A DNA stretch of 64,000 nt, taken from IMG/VR virus record IMGVR_UViG_3300006734_000007, positions 1,907 through 65,906 of that record; one strand, 5' to 3'. The translations under genes were made by a program, and so were the position numbers. Positions 39,473 through 49,690 of the stretch are shown one piece after another. The notes beneath the pieces were generated by a model that did not search any database, was not told where the DNA came from, and worked only from the letters and a program-made list of their open reading frames with translations. The stretch comes from a virus (lineage: Duplodnaviria > Caudoviricetes). Within the stretch, counting starts at the first letter, position 1. The number at the start of each line of letters is the position of its first letter.

Positions 39473-42400
39473 TTAACATTTCTTTTTAGCTTGTTTACCT
39501 AGATCTTTTAAGGCATCAAGAGGATTATCATACTTATCTGCATACTCTTTCATTTGCTCTGGAGAAAGTTTAATATCAACATTCTCATCTGAAGTATCCT
39601 GTTCTTCAGTAGTAACAGGTTCTACAGGTGCATCTTCTTTCATAGGTACAAGGTTTGTATAAAATTTATCAAGGGTTTCAGTCATTTCTTTATTAGTTTC
39701 TTGGACCTTAAATTTAATAAATTTGGTTTTATTAGTTATCCTTTTAGTTAAGATTTGTATGAGGCCATGTTCTTTATGCATCATAGATATAATCTTATTT
39801 TTAGGAGCTTTATTTATTATATCTTTAATAGAAACAGCAGTCGTCCCTTTTAGTTCTGTTTTTCTTTTAGCAATTAAGTTTGCAACAGCTCCGTCATTAG
39901 TATATCTAGTAACCGGTAAATCTTTGGTTTCTTGAAATATATAATCTTCTATTGCTAACAGTGCCTGTAAAGAATCTGCATTTTTAATTTGATCACCAAA
40001 CTCCTCCATCAAATCTATTGGTTCTATAGCAGTATCTTCTTCTTCAATAAATTCAAATTCAGTTAGAACTAATTGCTTTTCAGGAGATTCTATAAAGTTG
40101 TTTAAAATATTAGGTACTAGATAATTAGTACCATCTATTTGCATAATAGTACTTCCTTTAACTGTATCACCTTCTTCTAGATCTGTTTGTAATCTAAGAA
40201 CTTCAAATAAAAGTTGCATTGATTGTGCTCTATAACTTAAATCTTCATTTATTTGAGATAAGATTGTATTACCATCTTCATCTACTGGATTCAATGTCTT
40301 AAGACTATTTATAAGTTCATCAAAATTTAGACTAGGTTCTAAAACAAAAGTATAGTCATCACCTTGATACCTTACAATTTGCTGAGGGTTTTCTAAATAA
40401 TCTGGAAATAATCTCTCTACTACATCTGGTGTTAATAATATAATTCCTTCATATAGATCTTCTAATAATTCGTCACCTAAAAATAGATCTGTATCTTTAA
40501 TAGGAATTGGTTCAATATCTGATTCTTCTTCTTCTTTTACTTCTGTGCCAAAAATACCTGGAGAAGCTGTTTCAGTTACAGTAGATGGTGTTAGTATTTC
40601 ATTTATAAAAGGCATGTAAGGAAAGTTAGATCCTTGCTGAATTAATCCAGCATAACTAACTTTTGTAATTTGACGATTTTCTTTATCTAAATTAAGATCA
40701 AAAGATGCAATGTTTATATTAGCTCTTACTCCTGTAATGTTCTCAAGCATATTTTTATAACCGGATTGCTGATAACCATGTTGCTCTCTTTTACTAATTC
40801 TTTCGCCAACTATTTTAGCCATGTAACTTGGTTCAGTATAACCTTTGGTTAAGACTATTTCACCTGTACTTCCAACTATTCTATTAATTGCAGGATTTTT
40901 AGAAGATTTAATATCTATTATTTCATATCTCTTTTTAACAGGATCCCAAAATAATAAGTCAATTTCACCACCCACTGGTTGTCCAGTTGGAGGATTTTTA
41001 TCAAATACTAATGGGCCTTCCATTACAAACTCCCATCCCAATGCTTTAATTTCTTCTGCAAAAGCTTCAAATGCTTTTACTAATTGTTTTTTAGCTGTAT
41101 CTGTTAGATCTAGCATTGTTGGTCCTATAGGAATAACAGGTTCTGTAGCAAGTTTAGTTTTTTCAATAGATGTAATATCTGACTTGCCATCAAAAACACC
41201 AACAGTTCCTTTTATAACATCATTAAGAGGTTGAATCTTATCTCGATTATTTTTAATTTCTTCATTACTTTGAAAAGGTTTAACTCCTTCCGCCGTGCTA
41301 AGAGTAATATGAGGAAATTCATTTTTAGATAATGGATTATCTACAAGTAATACATCTACTTTATCTGTAGTAAGTCTTCCAACTACTCTAATTTCCATTT
41401 CTTGACCGATAGGTAGATCTGAAACATCTGAAGGTTTAAATTCAATTGTAGAATGATGAGAAAATAAATTTGCAAGAGCTTGTCCGTAAGCTGCAACTAA
41501 CTCATCAGTATTAAAAAAGATTCCACTATATACTACAGGACCTTGATAACTAGTAGTAGTTTCAGGAACTCCTTCAAAAAACTCTTTACCAAATGCATCT
41601 AATGTGTTACCTGCAAATGCATTATCTTCATACTCAGTTAGATCAAACTCAGATTCTTTTATTTGTACAACTGATCCATCTTCTAACTTAACTTCCCAAA
41701 CTGGTTCTGCAGTTTGATCTTCTAAATCTGCTAATTCATCTCCTAAAATACCATCTTGACCAGTTGCTTTAATCCTAACTTTATTTCCTGTTCTAGGATC
41801 CATTTCCATACCAATAATAGATGTCATACTTGTACTACGGACCCACTTTCCATTTACTTTAATAAAGTAACCGTGATCTGTAGTTTTAACACCAAACTCT
41901 AAAGCTTCTTCATCAGTCATACTACTGATCTGCTTTATTTCAGTACCCTGAACTCTCTTTAGTTTTTTATGTCCCTCAGATTTTGAAACACCTGAAAAAG
42001 GCATTGATATATCTTCATCAGTAGGTTTTTCTTCTGTAGGATCAATATCTTCTTTCTTTTTTCTGCCTCCTTTTTTTTGTCCTTTTCTTTGTTTAACTTG
42101 TTCATTATGATCATCAATTAAAAGTAAAACATCATCTGGTCTACTTTCAATCCATTCATCTATGTTAGCAAATCTATCAGGATTATTTTTCTGAAACTTA
42201 GCAAACAATAATTCTGCCTGCTGTTGTATAGTATCTGGCCAGGTTAATCTATTGCTTAAACCATCACTATCTAGCAGAGTTAATATTTCATCTACCGTTT
42301 TTTTCTTTTTTTGTTTTCTTTTTGCTTCTCGTTCTTGCTTTTCTCTTTCTAAAGAAGCTTCTCTATTTGCTTTATCAAAAGCTTCAAAGGTTTCAAACCC

Positions 42401-45400
42401 AGACTCTGCAGCAAAATCTTCTATATATGCTGAAACTAATTTAGCAGGCTTTGAATACCTCTGATCTTCTTTACGGATCTTAACAAAAGTACCATCATCT
42501 TTTTTTAGTATAAAATACTCTGGTAAATCTAATTCATCAAATACAGATCTTAATCCTTCATCATCTAGGAACATATTAAGTTTAGATAGTTCAAATATTA
42601 ATTGACTACTTTTAACTTTTTCTAAAGCTGCATTATAATGTTTTTTTGATAATTCTTGATTAGCTTGATATTGTTGAGCTCTAACCATTTCTCTTCTTGC
42701 ATGCCATTCAACATAAGTATCAGGATTAGATAAGTATCTTAAAACTGCTCCATACATTTTAGCATCATTATCAAGTTCAATTGAATCTTTATACATTTTA
42801 AAGATCTCATCTACTTGATCTTGACTTATACGGTATTTTCTCATTTTACCAGAAGGCATGTTTAATGACTCTCCTACTAAATAATTAATATATTTATTGA
42901 ATGCTCCGTATAATCCTTTTAGTGCTTTCTTTTGTTGTTTTTCTTGCTCTTCTGTATATCTTGCAGTTTTACCAATTTCTTTATCAAAGTAAGAATCTTC
43001 TTCAGCAATAGTAGCCTGATAACCTTCTACTGCTTCTCGTAAACTATTTAAAAGCTCTTTCTTTTTTTCTAATCTTTTTTTATCAGCCTTTTCTTCTTTA
43101 GATAATACTGCTCCGGCTTTTTCTTTATCATTAATTGCAATTAACTCTTGAGACAAAATAGTATCTTCTTGTCTTATATCTTCTAAAGATAAAATATTAC
43201 GAATATCATTTTCTTCAACAACTTCTAAAAAATTAAAATTGTCAATAATATTTTTATGTATTTTAAGTCTTCTATTAACTGCTTCATTAAATGTTGTATT
43301 ACCAAGTGCAACAGTTTTTATAAAATCTTTATGTGCTTGATGTTTAATTTGTCTATCAATGTATTCTGGATTTAAATAAGGCATTCCGTTTTTATCAAGA
43401 AGCATGGTAGGTACTGCGTTAGGATCATATGGTGCACCCCAAGTGTCATAAGCTTTTTCTATATTATAAACTGCATCAGAAATTCTTTTCTTCATAGATT
43501 TTATAGAATCCCTAGCTTCTTCAATAGTATCATGGTTTGTACCCATGGCTTCATTGAATTCTTCTACTGTAAAATCTTCTTCTAAGATCTCATCTAAGTA
43601 GTTTAAGAATTCTTCATGTCCACCTTTTTCATATAGATTAAACATGTGTTCATTAACTGCTTCATTTCTAGCATCAATAGCTCCTTTTTCATCACCTTCT
43701 AATGTTGCTTCAATAGCTTCATTTGCTAAATTTTTTACTGTAGTTGCATGTTCTATTGGTGAATTAAAAAATCTAAATGGATCAGCTGTATAAGCATTGT
43801 AGGCATCTACATCTTCTTGAGCTTTTTTCTCCATACGAGTTTTATACTCTTCATAAGTTTCATTATTAAAAGTTCTATCAGTATAATTACGTAACATTTT
43901 AATAGGTGTAGTTACTGCGCTTATTACTCCACTAGCCATTCCTCCCATTAAAAATCCTGAAGCAAATATTTCAAAACCTTGCGGGCTTGTATATTTTTTT
44001 AAATTACTACCAAGATGAGAAATAAAGTCTCCAAACTCTGGGCTTTTATATCTTTCACCTTTCTCATATAACTTAAAGTAATGATCTAAATATCCTTCAG
44101 CTGCAGTATCACCTACAATTTCTTGATACAATTCTTGACCACCTTCTAACAATCCTCCTTGTGCTAAAGAATACTTTCCAAATCTATTAAAAGATTTAGC
44201 TATACCTGATTTCCATTTTTTTGGTGTAACAATAGTAGTTCCTATATCTGATAATTTTTGTCTTGCAGTTTTTTTAGCTACAACTTTAGCTTTAGAAAAA
44301 GGTGTAGCAACAGCTTTATATAATGGATTTTCAGAGATTAATTTTTTAGTAACTCCTGTATTCATACCTACTCTCATTGCCAAAGGCTTTAAGAATGCAG
44401 TTCTTAATATCAAACCGTTTGTTGCTAAAATAATAGGAACGTTTGCAAAAGCTGTTGATTGTGCAGCTTCATGTGAAGTAGTTATTAAATCATCAAGTGC
44501 TTCTTGTGTAATAGGTTTACCAGACTTTTCTAATTCTTCAAGTCCTTCTTTCATTACTCTATTTTGAACTAAACCTGCTTCTAATTGGCCTTCTGCCAAT
44601 GCTGCAGTTGCAACTTTAGTATCAAAATATAAAGCGGGAAAAGTCTTATGATTGTATCTTAATATATCATATGGAGTTCTAACATTCTTAGCAAATGCTT
44701 TAGCAGTACTAGGTGCAACAAGTTTACCAGGTTTTTCAATAACCCATTTTGTTCCATCCCATACTTTTTGATTTACATTTTGCCAAATCTTTCTAAGTTT
44801 ATTTGGTTGTCTAAATTGACTTAAATAAGACTCATAACCTATTGTGCTTAATTTACCGGCCTTATCTAATTTAGGTAATGTTTTTAATCCTTTAGCAGCA
44901 CCCGTAAATACTAACTTAGGATTTTTTCGTATATCATCTACTATAGATGTGCCCATTCCGGCCATCATACCTAGAGATAATCCTACTTGCATAAAAGTAT
45001 TACCTAAAAACGGTGCAGCAAAATTAGACCACTTATTATTTTTTTGAGACATTCTCATTTTAGTGATCTCTTCAAATCTTTCTGCATTCTTTGCTTGAGA
45101 CCAATCAGAAAGTTGTAAATCAGCATCTAAATAATTATTCCAACCAAGTACAGCAACATCTTTAAATCCACCAACAGATCTCATAAAATCACCAAATGTA
45201 CTTCCGTATGTATTATAAATAGCATCATTATCTCTAAAAGGACTATAACCAAGCTTGTCATAATCCATATGTAATTTATATCTTTCTAAAGGTTGTATTG
45301 TTTTACTATCTAGAAGATTTATACTTCTAGTTGACATGCCTCCAAAAATATTATCATACTCTTGACCCCATTCAATTCCAGCATTGTTAAAATTATTTAA

Positions 45401-45664
45401 TCTGTCTAATGCAGAATTACCTGTAGGTAAATTATAAGTTGAAAAAGTTTTTGGTAAAAAATTTTGAGGATCAATATCTTTAAATCCAAAATGTCCATCT
45501 TGCATTGCTTTTTGAAGCAACATCATATCAGAAACAGTACCACGATTATTAATGATATTATTAATAGATTGTCCTGCAACAACATTTAAATCTGGTGTTT
45601 TATTTAAATTAGATTCAGAACTTTTAAAAACATCAGGTTGAGGATTTACATTAGGATCTGCCAT
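39473..45664 (-). CDS. giant ejected protein (2063 aa) with membrane segments, PD-(D/E)xK nuclease and 2H phosphoesterase domains
   Basis: Gly-rich TM-like segments (VGLSLGMMAGMG, FASGFLMGGMASGVI), EGGQELYQ, HHSTI...PHITL, GEIDLL...IIDIKS...QQSGY. Confidence 0.8.
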   Translation of the reverse strand: MADPNVNPQPDVFKSSESNLNKTPDLNVVAGQSINNIINNRGTVSDMMLLQKAMQDGHFGFKDIDPQNFLPKTFSTYNLPTGNSALDRLNNFNNAGIEWGQEYDNIFGGMSTRSINLLDSKTIQPLERYKLHMDYDKLGYSPFRDNDAIYNTYGSTFGDFMRSVGGFKDVAVLGWNNYLDADLQLSDWSQAKNAERFEEITKMRMSQKNNKWSNFAAPFLGNTFMQVGLSLGMMAGMGTSIVDDIRKNPKLVFTGAAKGLKTLPKLDKAGKLSTIGYESYLSQFRQPNKLRKIWQNVNQKVWDGTKWVIEKPGKLVAPSTAKAFAKNVRTPYDILRYNHKTFPALYFDTKVATAALAEGQLEAGLVQNRVMKEGLEELEKSGKPITQEALDDLITTSHEAAQSTAFANVPIILATNGLILRTAFLKPLAMRVGMNTGVTKKLISENPLYKAVATPFSKAKVVAKKTARQKLSDIGTTIVTPKKWKSGIAKSFNRFGKYSLAQGGLLEGGQELYQEIVGDTAAEGYLDHYFKLYEKGERYKSPEFGDFISHLGSNLKKYTSPQGFEIFASGFLMGGMASGVISAVTTPIKMLRNYTDRTFNNETYEEYKTRMEKKAQEDVDAYNAYTADPFRFFNSPIEHATTVKNLANEAIEATLEGDEKGAIDARNEAVNEHMFNLYEKGGHEEFLNYLDEILEEDFTVEEFNEAMGTNHDTIEEARDSIKSMKKRISDAVYNIEKAYDTWGAPYDPNAVPTMLLDKNGMPYLNPEYIDRQIKHQAHKDFIKTVALGNTTFNEAVNRRLKIHKNIIDNFNFLEVVEENDIRNILSLEDIRQEDTILSQELIAINDKEKAGAVLSKEEKADKKRLEKKKELLNSLREAVEGYQATIAEEDSYFDKEIGKTARYTEEQEKQQKKALKGLYGAFNKYINYLVGESLNMPSGKMRKYRISQDQVDEIFKMYKDSIELDNDAKMYGAVLRYLSNPDTYVEWHARREMVRAQQYQANQELSKKHYNAALEKVKSSQLIFELSKLNMFLDDEGLRSVFDELDLPEYFILKKDDGTFVKIRKEDQRYSKPAKLVSAYIEDFAAESGFETFEAFDKANREASLEREKQEREAKRKQKKKKTVDEILTLLDSDGLSNRLTWPDTIQQQAELLFAKFQKNNPDRFANIDEWIESRPDDVLLLIDDHNEQVKQRKGQKKGGRKKKEDIDPTEEKPTDEDISMPFSGVSKSEGHKKLKRVQGTEIKQISSMTDEEALEFGVKTTDHGYFIKVNGKWVRSTSMTSIIGMEMDPRTGNKVRIKATGQDGILGDELADLEDQTAEPVWEVKLEDGSVVQIKESEFDLTEYEDNAFAGNTLDAFGKEFFEGVPETTTSYQGPVVYSGIFFNTDELVAAYGQALANLFSHHSTIEFKPSDVSDLPIGQEMEIRVVGRLTTDKVDVLLVDNPLSKNEFPHITLSTAEGVKPFQSNEEIKNNRDKIQPLNDVIKGTVGVFDGKSDITSIEKTKLATEPVIPIGPTMLDLTDTAKKQLVKAFEAFAEEIKALGWEFVMEGPLVFDKNPPTGQPVGGEIDLLFWDPVKKRYEIIDIKSSKNPAINRIVGSTGEIVLTKGYTEPSYMAKIVGERISKREQHGYQQSGYKNMLENITGVRANINIASFDLNLDKENRQITKVSYAGLIQQGSNFPYMPFINEILTPSTVTETASPGIFGTEVKEEEESDIEPIPIKDTDLFLGDELLEDLYEGIILLTPDVVERLFPDYLENPQQIVRYQGDDYTFVLEPSLNFDELINSLKTLNPVDEDGNTILSQINEDLSYRAQSMQLLFEVLRLQTDLEEGDTVKGSTIMQIDGTNYLVPNILNNFIESPEKQLVLTEFEFIEEEDTAIEPIDLMEEFGDQIKNADSLQALLAIEDYIFQETKDLPVTRYTNDGAVANLIAKRKTELKGTTAVSIKDIINKAPKNKIISMMHKEHGLIQILTKRITNKTKFIKFKVQETNKEMTETLDKFYTNLVPMKEDAPVEPVTTEEQDTSDENVDIKLSPEQMKEYADKYDNPLDALKDLGKQAKKKC

Positions 45665-45676
45665 AATAATAAATTG

Positions 45677-48600
45677 TTATTGTTGTTGCATTTCTTGTAA
45701 CATTTGTTCTAATATGTTATAATCTTTAACTGCTCCGTTCATTACTTTATAACGTGCCATTGATTGATTATTCTCTCTTTCAAGATTTGACATTAATGTA
45801 TAAAAATTACTAATGTATTTATCAATATCATTTTTATCTATTCCACTTAATGCAGTTTGATGAGGCGTGTTTACCAAATTTTGAATTAAATATTCTCCAG
45901 TACTTTCATCAAATACTTTTATTTTAGAATTTTCATCCCATCTAAATGAATTAGCTTCTTCATTATAAATAATTTTTAAATCTATTCCTGAACGTGGAGA
46001 AATAACTTTTCCAAAATCATCATAGTAACCTTTAAATAAAACAGCTTTAGTTAAATTACTAGTCATAATTTGCTGTTTCATAGCTTGTCCTAATTGAGTA
46101 TCATCTTTAACGTTAAATACTAAACCATTTTCAGATAGACCTGTTGTAAGTTGAACTTTGTCATCTCCATCTAATATTAGATTTCCTTCTTCATCTCTAA
46201 GTGCTCCAATTCCCGGAGCATCTTTAGTACCTTTAATTTCTTCTATAAAATCTGGATCTAACTTCAACTGTACTGCAAAATTTTCTCCATCAACATCTGG
46301 ATCTATTCTCAAAGAAGGTGTAATACGTTTAACAATTTCTCCTTTATCATCTATTTCAGTTATCCAATCGCCATACTCTCTTAAAATCTCTAAAGCTTGA
46401 ATAGAAGATTTTCCTTGTTCACTTGTTGATCCTGGTAAATATTGCATAAATGCTTCTGAGTTTCTATCAGATGACATTGCATTAATAACATCTTTAGTAA
46501 ATCCTTCTGCAAATGTAATAGGTACACTAGGTTTATCTAAATCTTGATTTCCAGAAATTGCATGAACAATTAAACTATTTAATAGTTGAGTAGACATATT
46601 ATCTACTATACTATTATCAATTTTAGATAAAATTTTTCCTTGCCCTGGTACATCCAAACTTGGAACTCCTGTGTCTCCAACATAAGAACCAAAAGTTTTT
46701 AATTCATTACTTAATTTACTTAATTGATGACTTAGACCTAATCCTCTATTTTCTATACCTTGTTCATCATAAATTTTAGGCAAAGATCCAGGCCCTACCA
46801 TGCTAAAAAAACTAGGTGTTTGATCTGTTTTAGTAGGAACATTACCTGTATAAATAAGATTTAATAAATTTTCCATGCCAGAACCAATTTGAGATTCTGT
46901 TATATATGAAGTTGGTTCCATAGTTTGACCAGGAGTTGGTGCTACAGTTCTTCCAGCAAAAGGAAATTTCTTTAACATGTCCTTCATCCAAGCTTCTTTG
47001 CTTTTATCAAAGCCTGAAGATGTAAACATATTTTCAGCAGCAATACCTAGAAAATCAGCATATGCATTATTAATTTTATCATATTCTTCATCTAGTTCTT
47101 GTATAGATACTGGAACTTCATTTCCTGCATTATCTATTCGTGTAGGAGATACTGTCCAAAAATCTGGACCTGGATAACCAAATTCACCAGCTTCATTAGG
47201 AATTTCTGAAGGAATATATTCCCATTTATTATCATCATCTACATCTTCTAAATGAGTAAATATTACATTCATTAAATTTTCATCAATTGTAGGATCAATA
47301 GATAATAATATATTTTTTAATTCAGTTTCATAACCTGTATTAATTTGCATTTGTTTACCTAGATCTCCATCACCTATAAGTTTAATACTACTTAATAAAC
47401 TTTTAAAAGGCATTGCATCTTTACCAATTGTTTTAGCTCTTGTTATAAACTGATCTATAAATCCAACATTATCTTTAGTACCAAACATTTGTTTACGCTG
47501 TACTTCTAAAACAGATTCTAAAGCTTCTTCATCTTTAAATACTTGCAATTGATTTTCTTGAAATTCTTGTGTTAATTTTACATCTTTTAAAACTGAATTT
47601 ATAGTTTGACCATTTTCTTCATCATATGGATTTTTAATAGAACTCATTATATAGTCATAAGCTTTATCAATATTATCATGAATATTTTCTTTATAATATT
47701 CAGTAGGATTATAAAGATCTCCTAATAAAGGAATTTGATCATTTTGCATTTCTAAATATTCATCTTCAGCAATCTTTTCAGCTCTACGATTTAAAGAAAG
47801 TTTAGAAGGTTTTAATAAATTAAATGAAAACTTAAAATTTTCATCAATAGCGTTTTCATAACTAGGTACAGTTCTATAGTAAGCATTTTTACCCATTACA
47901 GATCTACCTTCTTTTCTTTTTAATACTACAGTTTTTCCATCTTCAGTTTTTCCAGTAGTTTGCGTACCAAAACCAAGATTTTCAACAATTGCATTATATA
48001 TTGCTTTATTTTCATCTGTCTTAGGTCCTGCTAATAAAGCATTTAAAGTTGTAATAATATTATTTATTTTACCTGATTGAACTTGATCATTAAGTGATTC
48101 ACCTTGTTCTCTATTATAAGTTATTGCATTTCTTTCTTTATCATAAACAGTTTGCGCTAAAGCATCTATAGTTTCATTATTAGCATTTTTATATTTAGGA
48201 TTATTTCTTAATCCTTCTTTTATTGATTCAATTCTATCTTCTTTAACTTGTAAATTATCTTTTTCTTCACTAATTGTTTCACCAAAAACATTGTTTTGTG
48301 AAGGTTTAATTCTATTAAGTTCTAATAAAAAATTATGTTGAGGAGATAAACCATTTTTCTTTTTAGTTTTACTGTTACCATTTTCATCAACATCATCTGG
48401 ATTTAAAATCTTTTTCCAAAATTCTTTCTTTAACCAAATATCAAATTCATAATCTTTTATTGCATATGGATCTGCACCTTTAATTTGACGTTCATATGTT
48501 CCTTCTTGATATCTTGTAGCAATACCTAAAAGATCATTAAATAGCATACTTTGAGCAACAGTAGCATCTGCATTCATTTCTTTTGCTCTCATATTAGTCA

Positions 48601-49624
48601 TCTGATCTATACTATATGAATTTTCTAAAACTTTATCCATATTTTTTTCAGAGGCTATTGCTCTTTGAAAAGCATTTAATGTGTTACCATAATCTTTATG
48701 TTCTTTAGATTCTGGAATAACACCTTCTTGCATAATTAATTTTCTAAATGCATTTAGCTCACCTTCTCTTGTAGAACGTTCTTGTGAAACTTCATTTTTA
48801 ATTGTTTCATTAATTTTATTAGCTGGCTTAATTACATTTTGGATATAATAGTTATTTGCTTCTTCTACTGATCCATAATTATTAATATTCTGTGATTCCC
48901 AATCTTTTCTAGCATTATAAGCTTTTACTTTATACATTGCTTGAACTGCAGGATCATTACCAACTGTTCTAGCTAAATAACTTGCCATAGGTACAATAAG
49001 ATGAGTACCATTAGTTTCTTCAATTAAATATTTACCATTACTATAAGAAAGTTTTTTTTCTTTAAATTTATCAAAAAGCATATCATATGCTTTATCTACT
49101 TTGTCTGTATATGGAATATATCTTGGCGCAGACATGCTTAACGCAAACTCAGCAGGTGCATTTTTATATTCTTCAGCTTTATAGTTTAAATATTTTACAC
49201 CATCATCCCAATACATACCTCCACATTCTTTTGGATCTAAACAATTTCTTAATGCTTCTGCAGTTTGTAATTGACTTTGATAATTTTTAGTATAACCTAT
49301 ATCATGAATAATATTTTGATCATTAGTAATAGGTTTAAATATTTGTTTAGATGCATGCACATTTTGAGGTAAAGAAAGATCTACATCTGCTAATCTATTA
49401 ATATCATTTTCAATAGATCTAAACAAAGCATCTCTTTTAGCAGATGTATCTTCTCTCATCATAGGAGAATTTAACAAACTACTATAAATGCTATTCATTT
49501 GTCTCCAACCTTGATCATAAGCTTGTTGTTTTCTTTCCATTGCATTTTGAAAGAAATTAAAATCAGGTGACCAAGGTTGAACCTGTGGTATGAAATCTTG
49601 TACGCCTTGTAAATAAGTTGCCAT
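45677..49624 (-). CDS. large virion structural/ejected protein (1315 aa)
   Basis: Uninterrupted ORF in the virion cluster; N-terminus MATYLQGV...PDFNFFQNAMERKQQAYDQ; no catalytic motif seen. Confidence 0.7.
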   Translation of the reverse strand: MATYLQGVQDFIPQVQPWSPDFNFFQNAMERKQQAYDQGWRQMNSIYSSLLNSPMMREDTSAKRDALFRSIENDINRLADVDLSLPQNVHASKQIFKPITNDQNIIHDIGYTKNYQSQLQTAEALRNCLDPKECGGMYWDDGVKYLNYKAEEYKNAPAEFALSMSAPRYIPYTDKVDKAYDMLFDKFKEKKLSYSNGKYLIEETNGTHLIVPMASYLARTVGNDPAVQAMYKVKAYNARKDWESQNINNYGSVEEANNYYIQNVIKPANKINETIKNEVSQERSTREGELNAFRKLIMQEGVIPESKEHKDYGNTLNAFQRAIASEKNMDKVLENSYSIDQMTNMRAKEMNADATVAQSMLFNDLLGIATRYQEGTYERQIKGADPYAIKDYEFDIWLKKEFWKKILNPDDVDENGNSKTKKKNGLSPQHNFLLELNRIKPSQNNVFGETISEEKDNLQVKEDRIESIKEGLRNNPKYKNANNETIDALAQTVYDKERNAITYNREQGESLNDQVQSGKINNIITTLNALLAGPKTDENKAIYNAIVENLGFGTQTTGKTEDGKTVVLKRKEGRSVMGKNAYYRTVPSYENAIDENFKFSFNLLKPSKLSLNRRAEKIAEDEYLEMQNDQIPLLGDLYNPTEYYKENIHDNIDKAYDYIMSSIKNPYDEENGQTINSVLKDVKLTQEFQENQLQVFKDEEALESVLEVQRKQMFGTKDNVGFIDQFITRAKTIGKDAMPFKSLLSSIKLIGDGDLGKQMQINTGYETELKNILLSIDPTIDENLMNVIFTHLEDVDDDNKWEYIPSEIPNEAGEFGYPGPDFWTVSPTRIDNAGNEVPVSIQELDEEYDKINNAYADFLGIAAENMFTSSGFDKSKEAWMKDMLKKFPFAGRTVAPTPGQTMEPTSYITESQIGSGMENLLNLIYTGNVPTKTDQTPSFFSMVGPGSLPKIYDEQGIENRGLGLSHQLSKLSNELKTFGSYVGDTGVPSLDVPGQGKILSKIDNSIVDNMSTQLLNSLIVHAISGNQDLDKPSVPITFAEGFTKDVINAMSSDRNSEAFMQYLPGSTSEQGKSSIQALEILREYGDWITEIDDKGEIVKRITPSLRIDPDVDGENFAVQLKLDPDFIEEIKGTKDAPGIGALRDEEGNLILDGDDKVQLTTGLSENGLVFNVKDDTQLGQAMKQQIMTSNLTKAVLFKGYYDDFGKVISPRSGIDLKIIYNEEANSFRWDENSKIKVFDESTGEYLIQNLVNTPHQTALSGIDKNDIDKYISNFYTLMSNLERENNQSMARYKVMNGAVKDYNILEQMLQEMQQQ

Positions 49625-49658
49625 ATCAACTCAAAATTAAATAATTTTCTTAATTTAA

Positions 49659-49690
49659 TTTAAACTTATAAAGTTTAAAGTTTAAAGTTT
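49659..49690 (-). promoter_or_regulatory. intergenic palindrome / conserved motif, copy 1
   Basis: TTTAAACTT-ATA-AAGTTTAAA inverted repeat plus a tandem AAGTTTA run; similar to 56039-56064. Confidence 0.45.
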
